62,045 nucleotides of DNA from Chloroflexota bacterium (GTDB taxonomy: Bacteria; Chloroflexota; Dehalococcoidia; Lucifugimonadales; JADFKI01): the NCBI GenBank assembly GCA_027623195.1, contig JAQBUT010000023.1, positions 1 through 62,045 of the forward strand, read 5' to 3'. The notes under the pieces were generated by a model. The model had not been told where the DNA came from. It saw only the letters and a program-made list of their open reading frames with translations, and did not search any database. Made by a program: the position numbers and the translations under genes. Below are positions 50,271 through 60,594 of this stretch, in pieces (position 1 is the first letter of the stretch; each line of letters begins with the position of its first letter).

Positions 50271-51089
50271 ATGGGATACAGGTTAATTGCCCTGGACATA
50301 GACGGCACCATACGCAGCCAGGACCACCCATTGTCGGAGAGGACCCGCCAGGCCGTGGCGCGAGTTCGTGGCGCGGGCGCCACTATAACTCTGGCCACCG
50401 GTCGTATATTCAACTCTGCTGCGCGGTCCAGCGCCGACCTGGACATCACGAACCCTATTGCTACATCCCAGGGTTCGCATATAGCCGACCCGGTAACGGG
50501 CGATGTGTTGTGGCACCAGCCGCTGACCTCCGATATGGTATTGGCTGCACTGGATGCCCTGGCAGACCCCGCCGACTCCGGCATGGAGGTTGTGGCGTAC
50601 GGCCAGAACGAGGTCTACGTCAGCAAGCTTACGGACTGGGCCGCTGCATACGGGCAACGCAATAATGTGAAGGTCAACGTAGTCGGGGACCTTAGCGCCG
50701 TTGCCGACCAGGAACTTACGCGCCTGGTAGTGGTTGGCGACGACGATGGGATTCGTGACCTGGAAGCCAGCCTTCAGGGGCGGTTCGAATCTTCATTGCA
50801 CGTCACAAGATCGCTTCCGCATTTCTGCGAGATACTGCATCCTCTGGGAGGCAAAGACAAGGCAATGCAGTGGTTGTGCGATTACCACGGTATCGGATAC
50901 GACCAGACCATCGCCTTCGGCAACGGCTACAACGACGTCCGTATGTTGGCGTGGGCCAACCTGGGTGTGGCCTTAGGCGACGCGGTCCCCGAGGCGTTGG
51001 CCGTAGCGAACAGGGTTTCACCTCCTATGGCGGAGGACGGCGTGGCGCGCGTTCTAGAGGACCTTCTGGATCAGGGGCTTATCGGGTGA
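50271..51089 (+). CDS. Cof-type HAD-IIB hydrolase
   Basis: LDIDGT, LATGR, GKDKA, FGNGYNDVRML. Confidence 0.92.
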   Translation: MGYRLIALDIDGTIRSQDHPLSERTRQAVARVRGAGATITLATGRIFNSAARSSADLDITNPIATSQGSHIADPVTGDVLWHQPLTSDMVLAALDALADPADSGMEVVAYGQNEVYVSKLTDWAAAYGQRNNVKVNVVGDLSAVADQELTRLVVVGDDDGIRDLEASLQGRFESSLHVTRSLPHFCEILHPLGGKDKAMQWLCDYHGIGYDQTIAFGNGYNDVRMLAWANLGVALGDAVPEALAVANRVSPPMAEDGVARVLEDLLDQGLIG

Positions 51090-52030
51090 CGGGGTCTGTT
51101 AACGCTCCTATCGTGGTCGTGCTTGGCAGCATAAACATGGACCTGGTGGCCACCATGCCCAGGATGCCTGTGAGCGGCGAGACTATAATGGGCGACTCCT
51201 TTCACACCACCCCCGGAGGTAAGGGAGCCAACCAGGCGGTAGCTGCAGCCAAGCTGGGCGCCAATGTTCGTATGGTTGGCAGGGTAGGGAACGACGCTTT
51301 CGGCCCAACGCTGCTGGATGGCTTGCGTGGGCATGGAATCGACGTGTCCGGGGTTGCCATAGACCCCTCCAACTCCACTGGCATCGCTATGATATTGCTT
51401 GAGTCGAACGGCCAGAACCGCATCATGGCCGTATATGGCGCAAATATGGGATGCGATAACGCCCAACTGGAAGCCGCGACGCGTGCCCTGGAAGGGGCAG
51501 ACGTTCTTCTCCTGCAGCTCGAAGTCCCGCTCGAGGTATCTTTGGCTGCGGCGGAGTACGCTCGGTCGCAAGGCATTCGCGTCGTTTGGGACCCTGCCCC
51601 TGCCAGGGAACTGCCCGTCGAGGCATTCGTCGCAGCAGACATCCTGACTCCCAACCAGTCCGAGGCCGAAATTCTTACAGGAATCCGCGTTGTTGACGTT
51701 GATTCGGCGGAGGCTGCCGCTCGTGCCATTCTCGCCAAGGGTACCTCGGTCGCCATAGTCAAGTTGGGTGAGGAAGGTCTGGTCTTCGCTACGAAGGATC
51801 AGGTGCGCCATCTACCGGCATTTGACGTGAACGTAGTGGACTCGGTTGCTGCTGGAGATGCCTTTGGTGGAGGGTTGGCCGTAGGTTTAGGAGAGGGCAA
51901 AGCTCTATTGGATGCTGTAAGGCTTGGAATGGCAAGCGGAGCCCTTGCTGTCACAATGTCCGGGGCGCAGGAAGCCATGCCAACCCGGCAAGAGGTCCAG
52001 GCCTTGATAGCCCGCTCTCAGGCAAATTAA
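51086..52030 (+). CDS. rbsK: Ribokinase
   Basis: GSINMDL, PGGKGANQAVAAA, TPNQSEA, DSVAAGDAF; GTG start overlaps the Cof TGA. Confidence 0.9.
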   Translation: MTGSVNAPIVVVLGSINMDLVATMPRMPVSGETIMGDSFHTTPGGKGANQAVAAAKLGANVRMVGRVGNDAFGPTLLDGLRGHGIDVSGVAIDPSNSTGIAMILLESNGQNRIMAVYGANMGCDNAQLEAATRALEGADVLLLQLEVPLEVSLAAAEYARSQGIRVVWDPAPARELPVEAFVAADILTPNQSEAEILTGIRVVDVDSAEAAARAILAKGTSVAIVKLGEEGLVFATKDQVRHLPAFDVNVVDSVAAGDAFGGGLAVGLGEGKALLDAVRLGMASGALAVTMSGAQEAMPTRQEVQALIARSQAN

Positions 52031-52072
52031 AAGGCTGCCAACCCGTCCTAACCAGGACGGGTTGGCAGCCTT
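52031..52072. terminator. Hairpin terminator between convergent genes
   Basis: Perfect 19-bp stem AAGGCTGCCAACCCGTCCT / AGGACGGGTTGGCAGCCTT. Confidence 0.8.
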
Positions 52073-52100
52073 ATTCATAGGTCTATTGGGTTATTTGAAC

Positions 52101-53360
52101 TTACCTGCCCTTACCGCGTCTAGGAGTGACCAATGGGCCGTGGCCATCGCTGGTGGAGGTTGGCTTCGGGCTAGTCTCGCTCTTTTCGCTCATGCGGCAT
52201 TCTTTAGGTATGTCTCTTCGGTCAGCGTTCACGTAGTCGGCGCAGTCTATGGCTTCGGCCTCCCTGATAGGCTTCCGATCGACGTTCTTGCCCTGATTTT
52301 GCCCTTGCGTGCTGGTGTCGACGCCGGAGGGCCGGATCAGGGGCTTGCCCTGGCCTGGTTTGGGCGCTTCGCCTTCATGGTCATTTCTGCCTTTATTGCT
52401 TAGGCTATCGCGCACCCTAGGGCCGAACTCCACACCCTTGGCTTCCAGCCTCTGGACCTGCTCGCCTAGCTTTTCCAGGCGCTTGTCTACGCTGGCCTGG
52501 AACCTCTCGACCTTGCGGAGCAGGTTACCCACGGCAGGTGAGTCGCCGTGCTGTGCAAGAAATCTATCGGTGAGCTTGGTCAACCTGTCGGCGATGTGGT
52601 CGGCCTTTTGAAGGCCGTGCAGGTTCAAGGACAGAATTGTGCTGGTGGCGTTGTCATGCCCCTTTTTACGCTTGATGAAGATTACGTCGTCGCCCTCTTC
52701 CAGGTCGTCCCCATCATCGATTTCTATCTCTTGCTCTTCGCCATCCTGGCCAAGCAAGTTAAACTTGCCTTTACCTTTACCCTTGTCTTGTGCCTCGGTT
52801 ACCAGACCTCGTCCGTGGGTGCGGACGGCCTCGTTGGGCACAATCATTATCTTCTTCGCAGTCACGGTGCGAATCACGACATCGTCGCCGTCAGCGGCAT
52901 TGGGGTCAACAGGCGGCTTGTCAGCCAATATCGCCACCTTCATGCCGATAGTATCCATTATGGAAATGTCGTCTTGCAGAGGTGAATGCACCTTCACGTT
53001 GTCAGGCACGATAACCCGGACGTTGCCGTGTCGCATGCCAACTGTCATCATCACGCTGGAGGGGGTGCTGCTGGCCACTGTAGGCGTGCTGGTGGCAGTT
53101 ACTGAGTCAACAGAAAGCACTATGCCAACGATTCCTCGGCGCTTCAGTTGGCCCTCTGGGGTTTCATCAGGGGGCGAGGCCTCAGCATTACCTTGCCACC
53201 ATCCCGAGGTATGAGGCAGGGGTATCGCTGTTATAGACAGAACTAGAATTGCAGCAAATAGAACCTTCAAGATCCTAGAGTGCTGGGTAATCTTCCACCC
53301 TTTCATCATCATCCTCCATCCGAATCTGCCACGCTGGGTAATGTCGGCTTTGTCAGCCAA
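52101..53360 (-). CDS. Hypothetical secreted protein (possibly DUF5666/OB-fold-like)
   Basis: Signal or TM segment, beta-rich core, coiled coil and disordered tail. Start uncertain. Confidence 0.6.
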   Translation of the reverse strand: MADKADITQRGRFGWRMMMKGWKITQHSRILKVLFAAILVLSITAIPLPHTSGWWQGNAEASPPDETPEGQLKRRGIVGIVLSVDSVTATSTPTVASSTPSSVMMTVGMRHGNVRVIVPDNVKVHSPLQDDISIMDTIGMKVAILADKPPVDPNAADGDDVVIRTVTAKKIMIVPNEAVRTHGRGLVTEAQDKGKGKGKFNLLGQDGEEQEIEIDDGDDLEEGDDVIFIKRKKGHDNATSTILSLNLHGLQKADHIADRLTKLTDRFLAQHGDSPAVGNLLRKVERFQASVDKRLEKLGEQVQRLEAKGVEFGPRVRDSLSNKGRNDHEGEAPKPGQGKPLIRPSGVDTSTQGQNQGKNVDRKPIREAEAIDCADYVNADRRDIPKECRMSEKSETSPKPTSTSDGHGPLVTPRRGKGR

Positions 53361-53484
53361 AATCTTATTAAGATTATCTTCCCATGTAGAGTGTTACGCC
53401 GATGTTACGGAAAGCATTAGTCTGGGTTATGAAATACTTTGGCGGGAGCGCATGTGGTTTGGCCTTGCACCAGTTCCCACGCCT

Positions 53485-54105
53485 TTACGGCAGGTAGAAA
53501 ATGGTCAGGACTGCGGATTTCTCTTCACCACTGGAAAGACTGGTGACCACCTCTACGAGGTTGGGGCCTTCTTCCAAAGTCAGCTCTAACTCCAGAATGC
53601 CGTCTTCGTCGATATCCACGAGGTCGTCGTTTATGCTTACGGCGGCGTCGATAACTGTCCTGGCAGTAAGTATGAAGGTGGAAGCCTCCACAAAAACCAC
53701 GTCTTCGGCAGGGCTGATGATTTCCAGGAATAGCTCATCGCCCAGGGCGTCTATGGCTTCTCGCTCCACAAAGAGGTCGCTCTGGTCAGATTCCCCCTGG
53801 AATACTGGCTCTACGAGGCTGTCCGTGGTTACCTGGCTCGAAGAATCGGCATCACTGCTGCCATCCACCGACGAAGAAGGCGCCAGAGAAGGCAACGACG
53901 AATCATAGGCCGGTATGGTCTGGGAAGCGTCTTGTTTTACCACGGGGGCCGTTACGACTCTGTCGACGGGCGCTGGAGCCGCCTCTGCCGGGATGTCGGC
54001 CGTTTTGGAGCCACACCCGATCAGAAATGCCACGCCAAAGATCAGGAGGGCACATATCTTGGATTTTTGTATGGAACCCCTAATAAGCTGGTTCACGGTA
54101 CACAT
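53485..54105 (-). CDS. Putative lipoprotein with a C-terminal Ig-like domain
   Basis: Lipobox LIGC, Ser/Ala linker, LEIISP...LEEGPNLVEV beta-sandwich pattern. Confidence 0.7.
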   Translation of the reverse strand: MCTVNQLIRGSIQKSKICALLIFGVAFLIGCGSKTADIPAEAAPAPVDRVVTAPVVKQDASQTIPAYDSSLPSLAPSSSVDGSSDADSSSQVTTDSLVEPVFQGESDQSDLFVEREAIDALGDELFLEIISPAEDVVFVEASTFILTARTVIDAAVSINDDLVDIDEDGILELELTLEEGPNLVEVVTSLSSGEEKSAVLTIFYLP

Positions 54106-54433
54106 TCCCTGCCATGTGAAATTCGCCGGGCAAAGCTACCCAGCGTGCTGAAGTGAGGATATCAACTGGACCGCCGTCGTTCAGTAGCCATCTGGTGTGG
54201 AACTGGTGTGTGTGAGGTGTTACAGGTGTGCACGCTGTAACGGGCTAACTTATTATGCTCTGGGAGTTAGCTTTTGTGAGGAACAAAAGTGCGTAAAGTC
54301 ACAATTTGTCACAAAAGTTCGCCTTTTGACGACGTGATTTTCCCTAAGTCGTTCCCGTGGAGTGCCTAGTATGGGTTTTGTCTAAGCCAACAGAGCGGCT
54401 AACCCGGCGAGAGGACTTCAGTAGGTAATAATA

Positions 54434-54646
54434 ATGCAGCCAGTAAGCATAAACATAAACATCAAGTCTCAGGACATTCCTACGCTGATTTGCACGGACT
54501 ATTCCAAGCAGAATCAGTTCACAGATTACATCGCTGATATGGCAGAATCTCTGGCCCAATCACTAGGGGTGCAAGAGTTTCTGTACAACCCCGGTCGGAT
54601 AGATGAGTTGCGAAGAAAGTTATGGCAGGAGCATCCCTGCATCTGA
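54434..54646 (+). CDS. Hypothetical 70-aa protein
   Basis: ATG ORF filling an otherwise empty gap and ending 14 nt from the pyrD stop. Confidence 0.4.
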   Translation: MQPVSININIKSQDIPTLICTDYSKQNQFTDYIADMAESLAQSLGVQEFLYNPGRIDELRRKLWQEHPCI

Positions 54647-54660
54647 GATAGCCTGCGGCC

Positions 54661-55716
54661 CTATCCCAGGGCTACTACCCTCTCCTCGTCCATCGTCCTC
54701 AGAAGCTCTTCGTTTATGCTTCGGGCAATCCCCGGTCCTCTGTAGATAAGGCTCGTTAGCACCTGGACCGTTGTAGCCCCCGCTTGAAGCACCTCAAAGG
54801 CGTCCTGACCGCTGAAGATCCCACCGCACGCGTTTAAGGCCATTGCATCGCCGATAACAGCTTTGATATCGGTGACCATCCTCAAGGTATCTGGAAACAC
54901 CACTTTGCCGCTCAGGCCCCCAGAACCCATCGCCAGCCTGGAGTCCTTTATGGGCCAGGTATTGGAAACTGTTACCGCATTTACCCCATGTTGCTTGCAG
55001 GATTCCACTAGACTAAGCACCTTGTCCCGCTCCTCCTCGCCCGCCGAGGGGTGATCAGCGGATGACAGGTAAGGCGGCAACTTGATGAACAGGGGACGCT
55101 GCCTGCCCTCGTTAATCTGATCGAGAAGAGTGCCCAAGGCATTCGTCTCCTGAAATACTCGGAGCCCAGCAGTGTTGGGCGAGCTGATGTTAATCTCAAT
55201 GGCATCTGCCAGCGGCTCTAGCCGGCCATGGCACTTGAGGATATCCTCCTGGGTTACTCCGGAGACGCTGACCACTATAGGGGTCGTCGTCCTCACCTCC
55301 TGAACGCGCTCTAGCTCGATCGCTGCGTTCGCCAGACCCCTGCTGGGGAATCCCAGGGCGTTAACCAGAGCCTCGTCCTCCGTGTACCGCAACACCCGGG
55401 GCTTGGGATTGCCTGGTCGGGGCATGGCCGTGACGGTGCCGCAGGTGACGTACCCGAAACCCATGGCTGAAAGGGAGGGGATAAGCTTGCAGTCCTTGTC
55501 GTAGCCCGCCGCGAGTCCGACGGGGTTGTCCAATCGAATGCCAGCCAGAGCGGTATTCAGTCGCGGACTCTCCACTCGCATCAACGGCGACAGGAATTTC
55601 CACAAGTAGTCCTGCTGCAACACGAATTCCGCTGCCCCCTGTGCCGTCTCAGGCGATAGATTGAACAACAGCGGCTTGATTATGCTCCTGTAGGTGTCCG
55701 TATTTAGTATGAGCAA
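54661..55716 (-). CDS. pyrD: Dihydroorotate dehydrogenase (class 2, quinone)
   Basis: NPVGLAAGYDK, GTVT..P..GNPKPR, NISSPNT, GGLSG, GGI. Confidence 0.93.
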   Translation of the reverse strand: MLILNTDTYRSIIKPLLFNLSPETAQGAAEFVLQQDYLWKFLSPLMRVESPRLNTALAGIRLDNPVGLAAGYDKDCKLIPSLSAMGFGYVTCGTVTAMPRPGNPKPRVLRYTEDEALVNALGFPSRGLANAAIELERVQEVRTTTPIVVSVSGVTQEDILKCHGRLEPLADAIEINISSPNTAGLRVFQETNALGTLLDQINEGRQRPLFIKLPPYLSSADHPSAGEEERDKVLSLVESCKQHGVNAVTVSNTWPIKDSRLAMGSGGLSGKVVFPDTLRMVTDIKAVIGDAMALNACGGIFSGQDAFEVLQAGATTVQVLTSLIYRGPGIARSINEELLRTMDEERVVALG

Positions 55717-55966
55717 GTCTGGACCTCGTGCAGATTCCTTATGAGCCTTAATGGAGGTAAAGAAAATTATTAGCTTTCTGTTAGCGTGACGAACGGCCTG
55801 ACTAAATTATAAACCCTCCGTCGGCGTCCGTGGGGTTCGGGAGTCTGCGTGGCAGAGGAAGCTGGTTTCAGGCCAATCGTGGCACCAATTCTAGGCGACG
55901 AATATTGCCTCTTATGCTAGGATCAGAAACAAAATTTCATACGTTTCTAAAAATTCGTTTAACGCT

Positions 55967-57817
55967 TTGGTTAGTGCAATGAATACTTCCTCGAAATTCG
56001 CAGTAATGGCGGTTGTTTTAGGGCTGGTTTTCGCGCTCCCAGGTCTATTCGCGGTTGCAGGGGCTGGAGCCTTCCAGGGAGGCACGGCAAGCGGTAAGAT
56101 TTCGCTCTTACAGTCGGATAGGCCCGTCTACGTTCCCAGGACCACTGCTATTTTCAATATTGAGGTCGAGAACGACGGCGCGGTGGCTCAGGATTATCAG
56201 CTGACTGTTGTTGCTTATGGGCCTTCCGGTGACGAGATATTCCGCAGCAATGTGGAGCGGATAAACTCCCTTCCCCCGGGCGATAGAAGGCTGGTTCAGT
56301 TCCAGTGGGCTACTTCCAGCAGGACCGAGTCCGGCGCATACACGCTTACAGCGGACTTGAGGGATCAATCCCTATTCGATGTCTTGTTCGACACCATAGG
56401 CCTAGACGACGGCGTCAAATTCGAAGTGCAAGCAAAATCTCTTATCTTCCTGTCGGGAGACGAAGTTGATTTCGGTGACTTTCTTCCGGGGGAGACCCCT
56501 GAGATTAACTTATTTGTTTCCAATACCGGAAACGGCATACTGGAGTGGAAAGTAGAAAGCGTAGCAGACGACTGGATAGAACTCGTCACTCCCATAGGGG
56601 ATGCGCGCTAGACTGCAACCATAACGTTGCGCGTGAAGCAGGATGCTCCGATATCACGTCAACTGTCAGGAGACCTGGTAATAACGTCCAACGGGGGAGA
56701 TCGGGTACTTCCCATTACCGGGAACGTTCTGGGAGTTCACAGCGCGAGTCTGGAACGTCTGCGCACAGTTAAGGGACTGTATAGGCAGGGCGAGACAATG
56801 GCCATGGAGTACCTCGTTACCAATGATGGAACGGTGCCCCTGGAATACAGCGCTGCCGTGACTCTGAAAGGTCCCGACGGAAGGATCGTGTACGACGCAA
56901 TGTCGGCAGGGGAGAACGTGCGTCTTTCCCTGGAGGCGGAGGCATCCCAAAGCGTAAACTTCGTGTGGGAAATACCTTTGGAAGAGCCCGTGGGATTTTA
57001 CGAGGCATACGTTGCCCTGACCTACTGGTTCGATCCAGATCTAATATTCTACGACGCACTGAATGACACTTTCATGAGGGCAACGTCCAAACCCTTGATT
57101 AACCAGCTTTTCGAAGTAAAGGAAGGCCCTCGCCTGGTCGTTGATCCGCTGGAATGGGACTACGGGACGGTTCTTGTCGAACAGGATACTGGTAGTGCGA
57201 ATTTCCAAATAACTAACTCTGGCGGGGCAACTCTGGAATGGGAACTGGTTAGCTGGCCGGACTGGATTATGATAGCCAAGCCTACCATTTTCACGAACAT
57301 AGGCGGTGGCAATATTCTGGCCAGGGTTCGACCGTCGTTGACGCCGGACGATTATAGCGGTGCAATCAGAGTCGAATCTAACGGTGGTGATATTTCTCTT
57401 CCCATATCAATACGCATAACTTCGCCTTCGACTCCCACACCTTTGCCCACTGCTACTGTGGAGCCAACGGCTACGCCTCCCCCTATTGCCCCTACTGCCA
57501 CGCCTGCGCCTCAGTCGCCCACCGCCACTCCCAGGGCGAACAGACCCGCACCTGCGCCTCCAACAAACACACCCGTGAACGCCACGTCTACGGCCGTTCC
57601 AGCAAACGCTAGGCCTGCTGCGACGGCCACGCCAGTTCTGATCGCCCTGGCCACGGTGGAATCAACGCCGGGGTCTTCTGGCGTCGGTTGTAGCGTGCCG
57701 TTGGGGAACGTCTCATTGGCGTCAGGTCTGGTCAATGGGCTGCTTCTCGTTGCGCCTCTGGGGCTGATAGCAGGCGCCAGGTATGGTAGGCGCCGAAGCA
57801 AACATTCGTCCAAGTAA
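55967..57817 (+). pseudogene. Cell-surface protein with tandem Ig-like/BACON-like domains, Pro/Thr stalk and Cys-motif C-terminal anchor, interrupted by an in-frame TAG at 56609-56611
   Basis: ORFs 55967-56611 and 56627-57817 share one frame. The TAG falls inside a domain whose second copy (WDYG...TNSGG.TLEW...SNGG) is intact downstream. Confidence 0.75.
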
Positions 57818-57967
57818 GGCGTTCTAATCCATTAGGCGGAAATGCTTTCATGGTGCGGGCAGGGACCAGGGGCCTACATGGCTGTGCTTGGCTGGCGTAT
57901 AATGAATCGGGCGATTGCGATCGTCCGTTGCTCCATAGGAAACTCGTTAAGGATAACTACACGCCAC

Positions 57968-58765
57968 ATGGATCTGACTTTTGAAAAAGGCACCAGGGAA
58001 GAGCCCAAAGGGCACGCCTTCCTATATTTTCGCAACTCTATGGACCGCGATGAGATATGGGCTACCTACCTGGTCATGCTGCCCATAAACGTCGATGTAA
58101 CCAAGTATGTGCCACCTTTTCTTATGAGTCAGATGGGCGATCTAGGGCCCAAGGATTTATCGGCATTCGCTTTTCCGCCAGCCCCTGAGCTTTTAGAAAG
58201 CTTTGCTTACCTTGAGGACCTGGCAGAGGCCCGAGAGGACGACATCATATTCGGGGGCTCAATCAATCCGACGGACGTGACATCGACCATGATGCTTGTC
58301 AGCGATACGGTTCAGAAATATGCGGATGTCTACACCCGCCTGGCCAGCGCTATGGGGGCCAACACTGTCGTAGAAGGAAACACCTCGGATGGGCCAGGTG
58401 AGGCGTTAAGCCCCGGGTATGGCGTTAATGAAGTGCTGTACGGCCTCATGACAGAGGGCGACAGGCTAAATGAGCTGACCAAACTGGTTGGTAGGCTTCG
58501 GTTCGCCATCGAAGGCGGCGAGGTTTCGCTGGCCAGAGAGGCCGAGTTCGACATAAGCCTGCTGTCCAAGAACCTTCCGGATGACCACCGGACGGCCGCC
58601 CTAGTCGAGCTTATCAAGAGCCCCGGCGAAAACGGGGAAGAGTTAGCTAACTTATACCTGCAGCGCTGTTTCCACGTCGTAAATCAGGAGTACGTGGAGT
58701 TGGGCAAGATAGAAGAGCGCATTCGGCTATTGGAATCGGGAAGTCCCGCTGACGAGGCGGACTGA
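57968..58765 (+). CDS. Conserved hypothetical protein
   Basis: Long ORF with natural composition (PKGHAFLYFR, KYVPPFL, FAFPPAPE); start placed at MDLTFEKG. Confidence 0.7.
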   Translation: MDLTFEKGTREEPKGHAFLYFRNSMDRDEIWATYLVMLPINVDVTKYVPPFLMSQMGDLGPKDLSAFAFPPAPELLESFAYLEDLAEAREDDIIFGGSINPTDVTSTMMLVSDTVQKYADVYTRLASAMGANTVVEGNTSDGPGEALSPGYGVNEVLYGLMTEGDRLNELTKLVGRLRFAIEGGEVSLAREAEFDISLLSKNLPDDHRTAALVELIKSPGENGEELANLYLQRCFHVVNQEYVELGKIEERIRLLESGSPADEAD

Positions 58766-58864
58766 AGGTCCCTTGAGAGAATGCAGGGCTTCTTACTACG
58801 CGCCAGTCTACAAGCTTGACTTTGCCCCCCACCGGTGCCAGACTAGGGCAAGTCTTCCCCGCCT

Positions 58865-59539
58865 ATGGAGAGCGTTCACCAGCCTTTGATTATAGATATT
58901 CACACCCATACTTACCCCACATCCGACGATAGTCTTTTGACGCCCGAGGCTCTGATCGACGAGGCGAAGCGTATTGGGCTCGATGGGGTATGCTTAACCG
59001 ATCACGATAGGTTCTGGGAGCCCAAGGACATGGTTGCCCTCTCGAAGAAGCACGACTACCTTGTTATTCCTGGGTGTGAGGTAACTACTGAAGAGGGACA
59101 CCTCCTCGTGTACGGCCTCCGGGAGTATATTTTTGGCATGCACAAGGCCCAGTTCGTGAAGGACCTGGTGGATGAGGCCGGTGGAGCCATTGTCGTGGCG
59201 CATCCGTATCGTCGAAGGTACAACAAAACGGCCCACACAACCCCGCGAGCCTTTTACGAGATGCTTGATAAGGCCTGCACCAGCGAAGTCTTTTCCATGG
59301 TGAACGGCGTTGAGGTTTTCAATGGCCGAGGCTCCAAAGAGGAGAATGCGTTCTCTGCCGAGGTTGCCAAGCGTTTCGACATGGGAGGCACCGGTGCCAG
59401 CGACGCGCATAAGATAGACGACATAGGGACCTTCGCTACGGAATTCGAGGTGGATATTCGTGACCTGGATGGCTTCATTGCGGAGCTGAAGGGCGGAAGA
59501 TTCCGGCCCCGGGTGTTGCAAAAGCGAGCCAATGAGTAA
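58865..59539 (+). CDS. PHP domain metal-dependent phosphoesterase
   Basis: DIHTHT, LTDHD, GHLL, AHP, SDAH. Confidence 0.9.
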   Translation: MESVHQPLIIDIHTHTYPTSDDSLLTPEALIDEAKRIGLDGVCLTDHDRFWEPKDMVALSKKHDYLVIPGCEVTTEEGHLLVYGLREYIFGMHKAQFVKDLVDEAGGAIVVAHPYRRRYNKTAHTTPRAFYEMLDKACTSEVFSMVNGVEVFNGRGSKEENAFSAEVAKRFDMGGTGASDAHKIDDIGTFATEFEVDIRDLDGFIAELKGGRFRPRVLQKRANE

Positions 59540-59578
59540 TCCTCTGGCCCATATCAAAGGGACGTAGTCGACCGCGTT

Positions 59579-60556
59579 ATGCCAAGAACCCTTCTGGACA
59601 TACGGGACCTCCACGCATACTTCAAGACCAAGGAAGGGTTGGTTAAGGCCGTCAACGGCGTTTCTCTTCAGGTGGAAGAGGACAGCATTCTGGGCCTGGT
59701 TGGCGAAAGTGGGTCTGGAAAGACCATGACTGCGCTGTCCGTGCTTCAACTGCTGCCGTACCCCGGCCAGGTGGTGCAGGGCAGCATAAAGTACGACGGT
59801 CGCGAGATTCTTGCCATGTCTTCTGACGAAATGCGCCACATACGCGGAATGGAAATTTCCTTAATATTCCAGGACGCCGGAAGTGCTCTGAATCCTGTCA
59901 TTTCGGTGGGAAAGCAGGTCGAGGAGATCGTTCTTCAGCATACGAAGATCAGCAAGCGTGAAGCCAGGGCAATGGCAGTAGATTTGCTTCAACGTATGGG
60001 CATCCCAGACGCTAACGAAATGTTGAAGCGATATCCCTTCCAACTGAGCGGCGGTATGGCACAACGCGTGATGTTGGCAATCGGCGTTGCGCTCAAGCCG
60101 CGCCTACTAATCGCTGACGAGCCCACATCGAGCCTGGACGTTACGCTACAGGCTGAGATTCTGCATCGCCTTCGAGAGCTGCGGAGGGAAAACGGCACCT
60201 CCATACTGCTAATAACCCACGACCTTGGTGTCATAGCGCAGATGGCGGACGCGGTGGCAGTAATGTACGGCGGAACGGTGGTGGAGTATACGGATACCAA
60301 GACGCTGTTCGCCAAACCATTGCATCCCTACACCTGGGGACTTTTCCAGGCGTTGCCCAGAATGGACGCTGATGAGCAGAGGCTGAATCCCATACGAGGC
60401 GCTCCCGCGAGAATGCTGGATCCGCCTGACCACTGTCCCTTCTTGGACCGGTGTCCGAAGGCCATCAACACGTGTCGTATTGAAGCCAAGCCCCCATTGT
60501 TAGAGGCGGAGCGAGGGCATAAGCTGGCTTGCTACAATCCCGTGTCGTACAACTAA
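59579..60556 (+). CDS. Oligopeptide/dipeptide ABC transporter ATP-binding subunit (OppD/DppD type)
   Basis: GESGSGKT, LSGGMAQRV, IADEPT, ITHDL, HPYT and C-terminal Cys cluster. Confidence 0.93.
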   Translation: MPRTLLDIRDLHAYFKTKEGLVKAVNGVSLQVEEDSILGLVGESGSGKTMTALSVLQLLPYPGQVVQGSIKYDGREILAMSSDEMRHIRGMEISLIFQDAGSALNPVISVGKQVEEIVLQHTKISKREARAMAVDLLQRMGIPDANEMLKRYPFQLSGGMAQRVMLAIGVALKPRLLIADEPTSSLDVTLQAEILHRLRELRRENGTSILLITHDLGVIAQMADAVAVMYGGTVVEYTDTKTLFAKPLHPYTWGLFQALPRMDADEQRLNPIRGAPARMLDPPDHCPFLDRCPKAINTCRIEAKPPLLEAERGHKLACYNPVSYN

Positions 60557-60594
60557 GAGGTCAGTAACCGCGGTTCAAACCCAACCAGACCTTA

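Noticed and set aside
56609..56611. Genome-wide TAG recoding
   Set aside because: TAG ends many full-length genes here, for example ribH, lepB, pyrD and moxR.
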